Below the pieces are notes generated by a model. It saw only the letters and a list, made by a program, of their open reading frames with translations. It was not told where the DNA came from and did no database searches. This document shows positions 63,024 through 64,000 of a stretch of 64,000 nucleotides of DNA, piece by piece. The stretch spans positions 3,034 through 67,033 of the forward strand of contig JBBAEK010000005.1 of assembly GCA_041655935.1 (NCBI GenBank), written 5' to 3'. Numbering within the stretch: position 1 is the stretch's first letter; each line of letters begins with the position of its first letter. The translations under genes were made by a program, and so were the position numbers. Source of the stretch: Eubacteriales bacterium (GTDB lineage: Bacteria > Bacillota > Clostridia > Oscillospirales > CAG-272).

Positions 63024-64000
63024 TTACAGCAAAATGCAGATCAGCCCGCCGCTCCCCTCGTTGATAATGCGTTCCAGCGTTTCGGAGAGCTTTGCCCTCG
63101 ACTCCTCCGGCATATGCGACAGTTTGTTATGAATCCCCTCATTGATCAGCTCATACAGACTTTTGCCGAACATATTAGACTCCCAAATCCGCTTGGGGTC
63201 CTCCTCAAATTCCCGCAACATATAGCGCACCATCTCCTCCGACTGCACCTCCGTGCCCACCACCGGGTTGATCTCGGTCTCAATGACCGCCTTAATCATA
63301 TGGATAGATTGCGCCGACGCGCGCAGCTTCACCCCGTACCCGCCCGCCTGGCGCACCATGCGGGGCTCCTCCAGCCGCAACTCATCAATATCGGGCATCA
63401 CAATTCCGTACCCCTTGCGGTTGACCTCCTCCAGCGCCTGTGCCACCTTGTCGTAGGCGCGCTTGGTGTCGGCCAGCTCACGCATCAGCGCCATCAGCCC
63501 CGCCTCGTCCCCGATCGGCAGCCCCGTCATCTCGCTGAGCGTTTGGAAGTACAGCTCGGGGGACAGTTCCACCCTGACGTTCGCCGCCCCTTTTCCCGCG
63601 TCAATCTGCTCAATCACAAATCTCTCCGACGACTCCGGTAGCCCCTCCAGCACCCGGCGGATATCCCCCGTCTTGGTGATATCGTCGGTCATCTCCATAA
63701 TCTTTTCCACCAGACCTTGCTTCAAGGGATGAGTGGCAGGCAGACTGCCCACCCAGCGCGGCAGGCGGAAGCGCATCTCGGTCACGGCAAACTCCGAGAG
63801 CAACAGGGCCAGGATATGCCGGATATCCTCCCGATTCAGCTCCATGCAGTTGACCAGTGCCACGGGGGCATTGTACTTGCGTTCCAGCTCATATGCCAGC
63901 GCGACAGACGCCTCACTTTGTGGGGTGGCAGAGTTGAGGATGATGGCATAGGGCTTCTGCATGGCCGCCAGCTCTGCCGCCACCCGCTCCTCCGCCGGCA
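63024..64000 (-). CDS. spoIVA: stage IV sporulation protein A, C-terminal part (5' end outside window)
   Basis: ...AIILNSATPQS...VIETEINPVVGTE...EGSGGLICILL is the characteristic SpoIVA C-terminus. The frame is open to the window edge. Confidence 0.85.
   Translation of the reverse strand, partial: PAEERVAAELAAMQKPYAIILNSATPQSEASVALAYELERKYNAPVALVNCMELNREDIRHILALLLSEFAVTEMRFRLPRWVGSLPATHPLKQGLVEKIMEMTDDITKTGDIRRVLEGLPESSERFVIEQIDAGKGAANVRVELSPELYFQTLSEMTGLPIGDEAGLMALMRELADTKRAYDKVAQALEEVNRKGYGIVMPDIDELRLEEPRMVRQAGGYGVKLRASAQSIHMIKAVIETEINPVVGTEVQSEEMVRYMLREFEEDPKRIWESNMFGKSLYELINEGIHNKLSHMPEESRAKLSETLERIINEGSGGLICILL

Noticed and set aside
1-64000. Looked for defence or mobile hallmarks: reverse transcriptase/DGR or retron, integrase, transposase, toxin-antitoxin pairs, restriction-modification, prophage genes, rRNA.
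   Set aside because: None could be supported from the translations. The only P-loop STAND protein (3400-6264) carries a DNA-binding output and looks like a transcription factor rather than an Avs/NLR-type defence protein.

Overview
This is a GC-rich chromosomal segment. SpoIVA, MecA, a V-type ATPase operon and Clostridia-type gene organisation suggest a spore-forming Firmicute, but that taxon call is inference only. All domain calls come from motifs I recognise by eye; no searches were run. I support about 55 CDS, 2 tRNAs (Tyr-GUA, Thr-UGU), 2 pseudogene remnants, and several promoters, terminators and leaders. I saw no rRNA, CRISPR/cas, transposase, integrase or phage genes. Housekeeping blocks: (a) a nine-gene V/A-type ATPase operon (11157-19740) followed directly by trkA-trkH; (b) an amt-PII fusion; (c) tsaB-tsaE-methyltransferase-plsY; (d) queG, dinB, capA-like, mecA and spoIVA. 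Three regions are not explained by standard annotation. (1) 61351-61993: three ~175-nt modules of GC hairpins separated by an invariant heptamer (GTGAAAT, then its complement ATTTCAC), repeated every 216 bp and abutting the 3' end of tRNA-Tyr. They lie inside an AT-rich 3.4-kb island (ArsR-like regulator plus MFS exporter) bounded by ~58-bp imperfect direct repeats. (2) 45306-55487: a translationally coupled pair of InlB-B-repeat-like proteins, one with 6 units and one with ~44 units (2823 aa). Neither has a signal peptide or anchor. The large one ends in a Lys/Arg-rich tail, is followed by a small polytopic membrane protein, and is preceded by an ABC ATPase with a 746-aa fused permease. (3) 3400-10293: a STAND-type regulator (P-loop, helical repeats, C-terminal wHTH-BTAD) divergent from a four-gene cluster that alternates secreted proteins sharing a novel module with membrane-anchored paralogs. 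Smaller items: a preQ1-I-like leader, two leader-terminator architectures (amt, GNAT), decayed genes and tandem paralogs.
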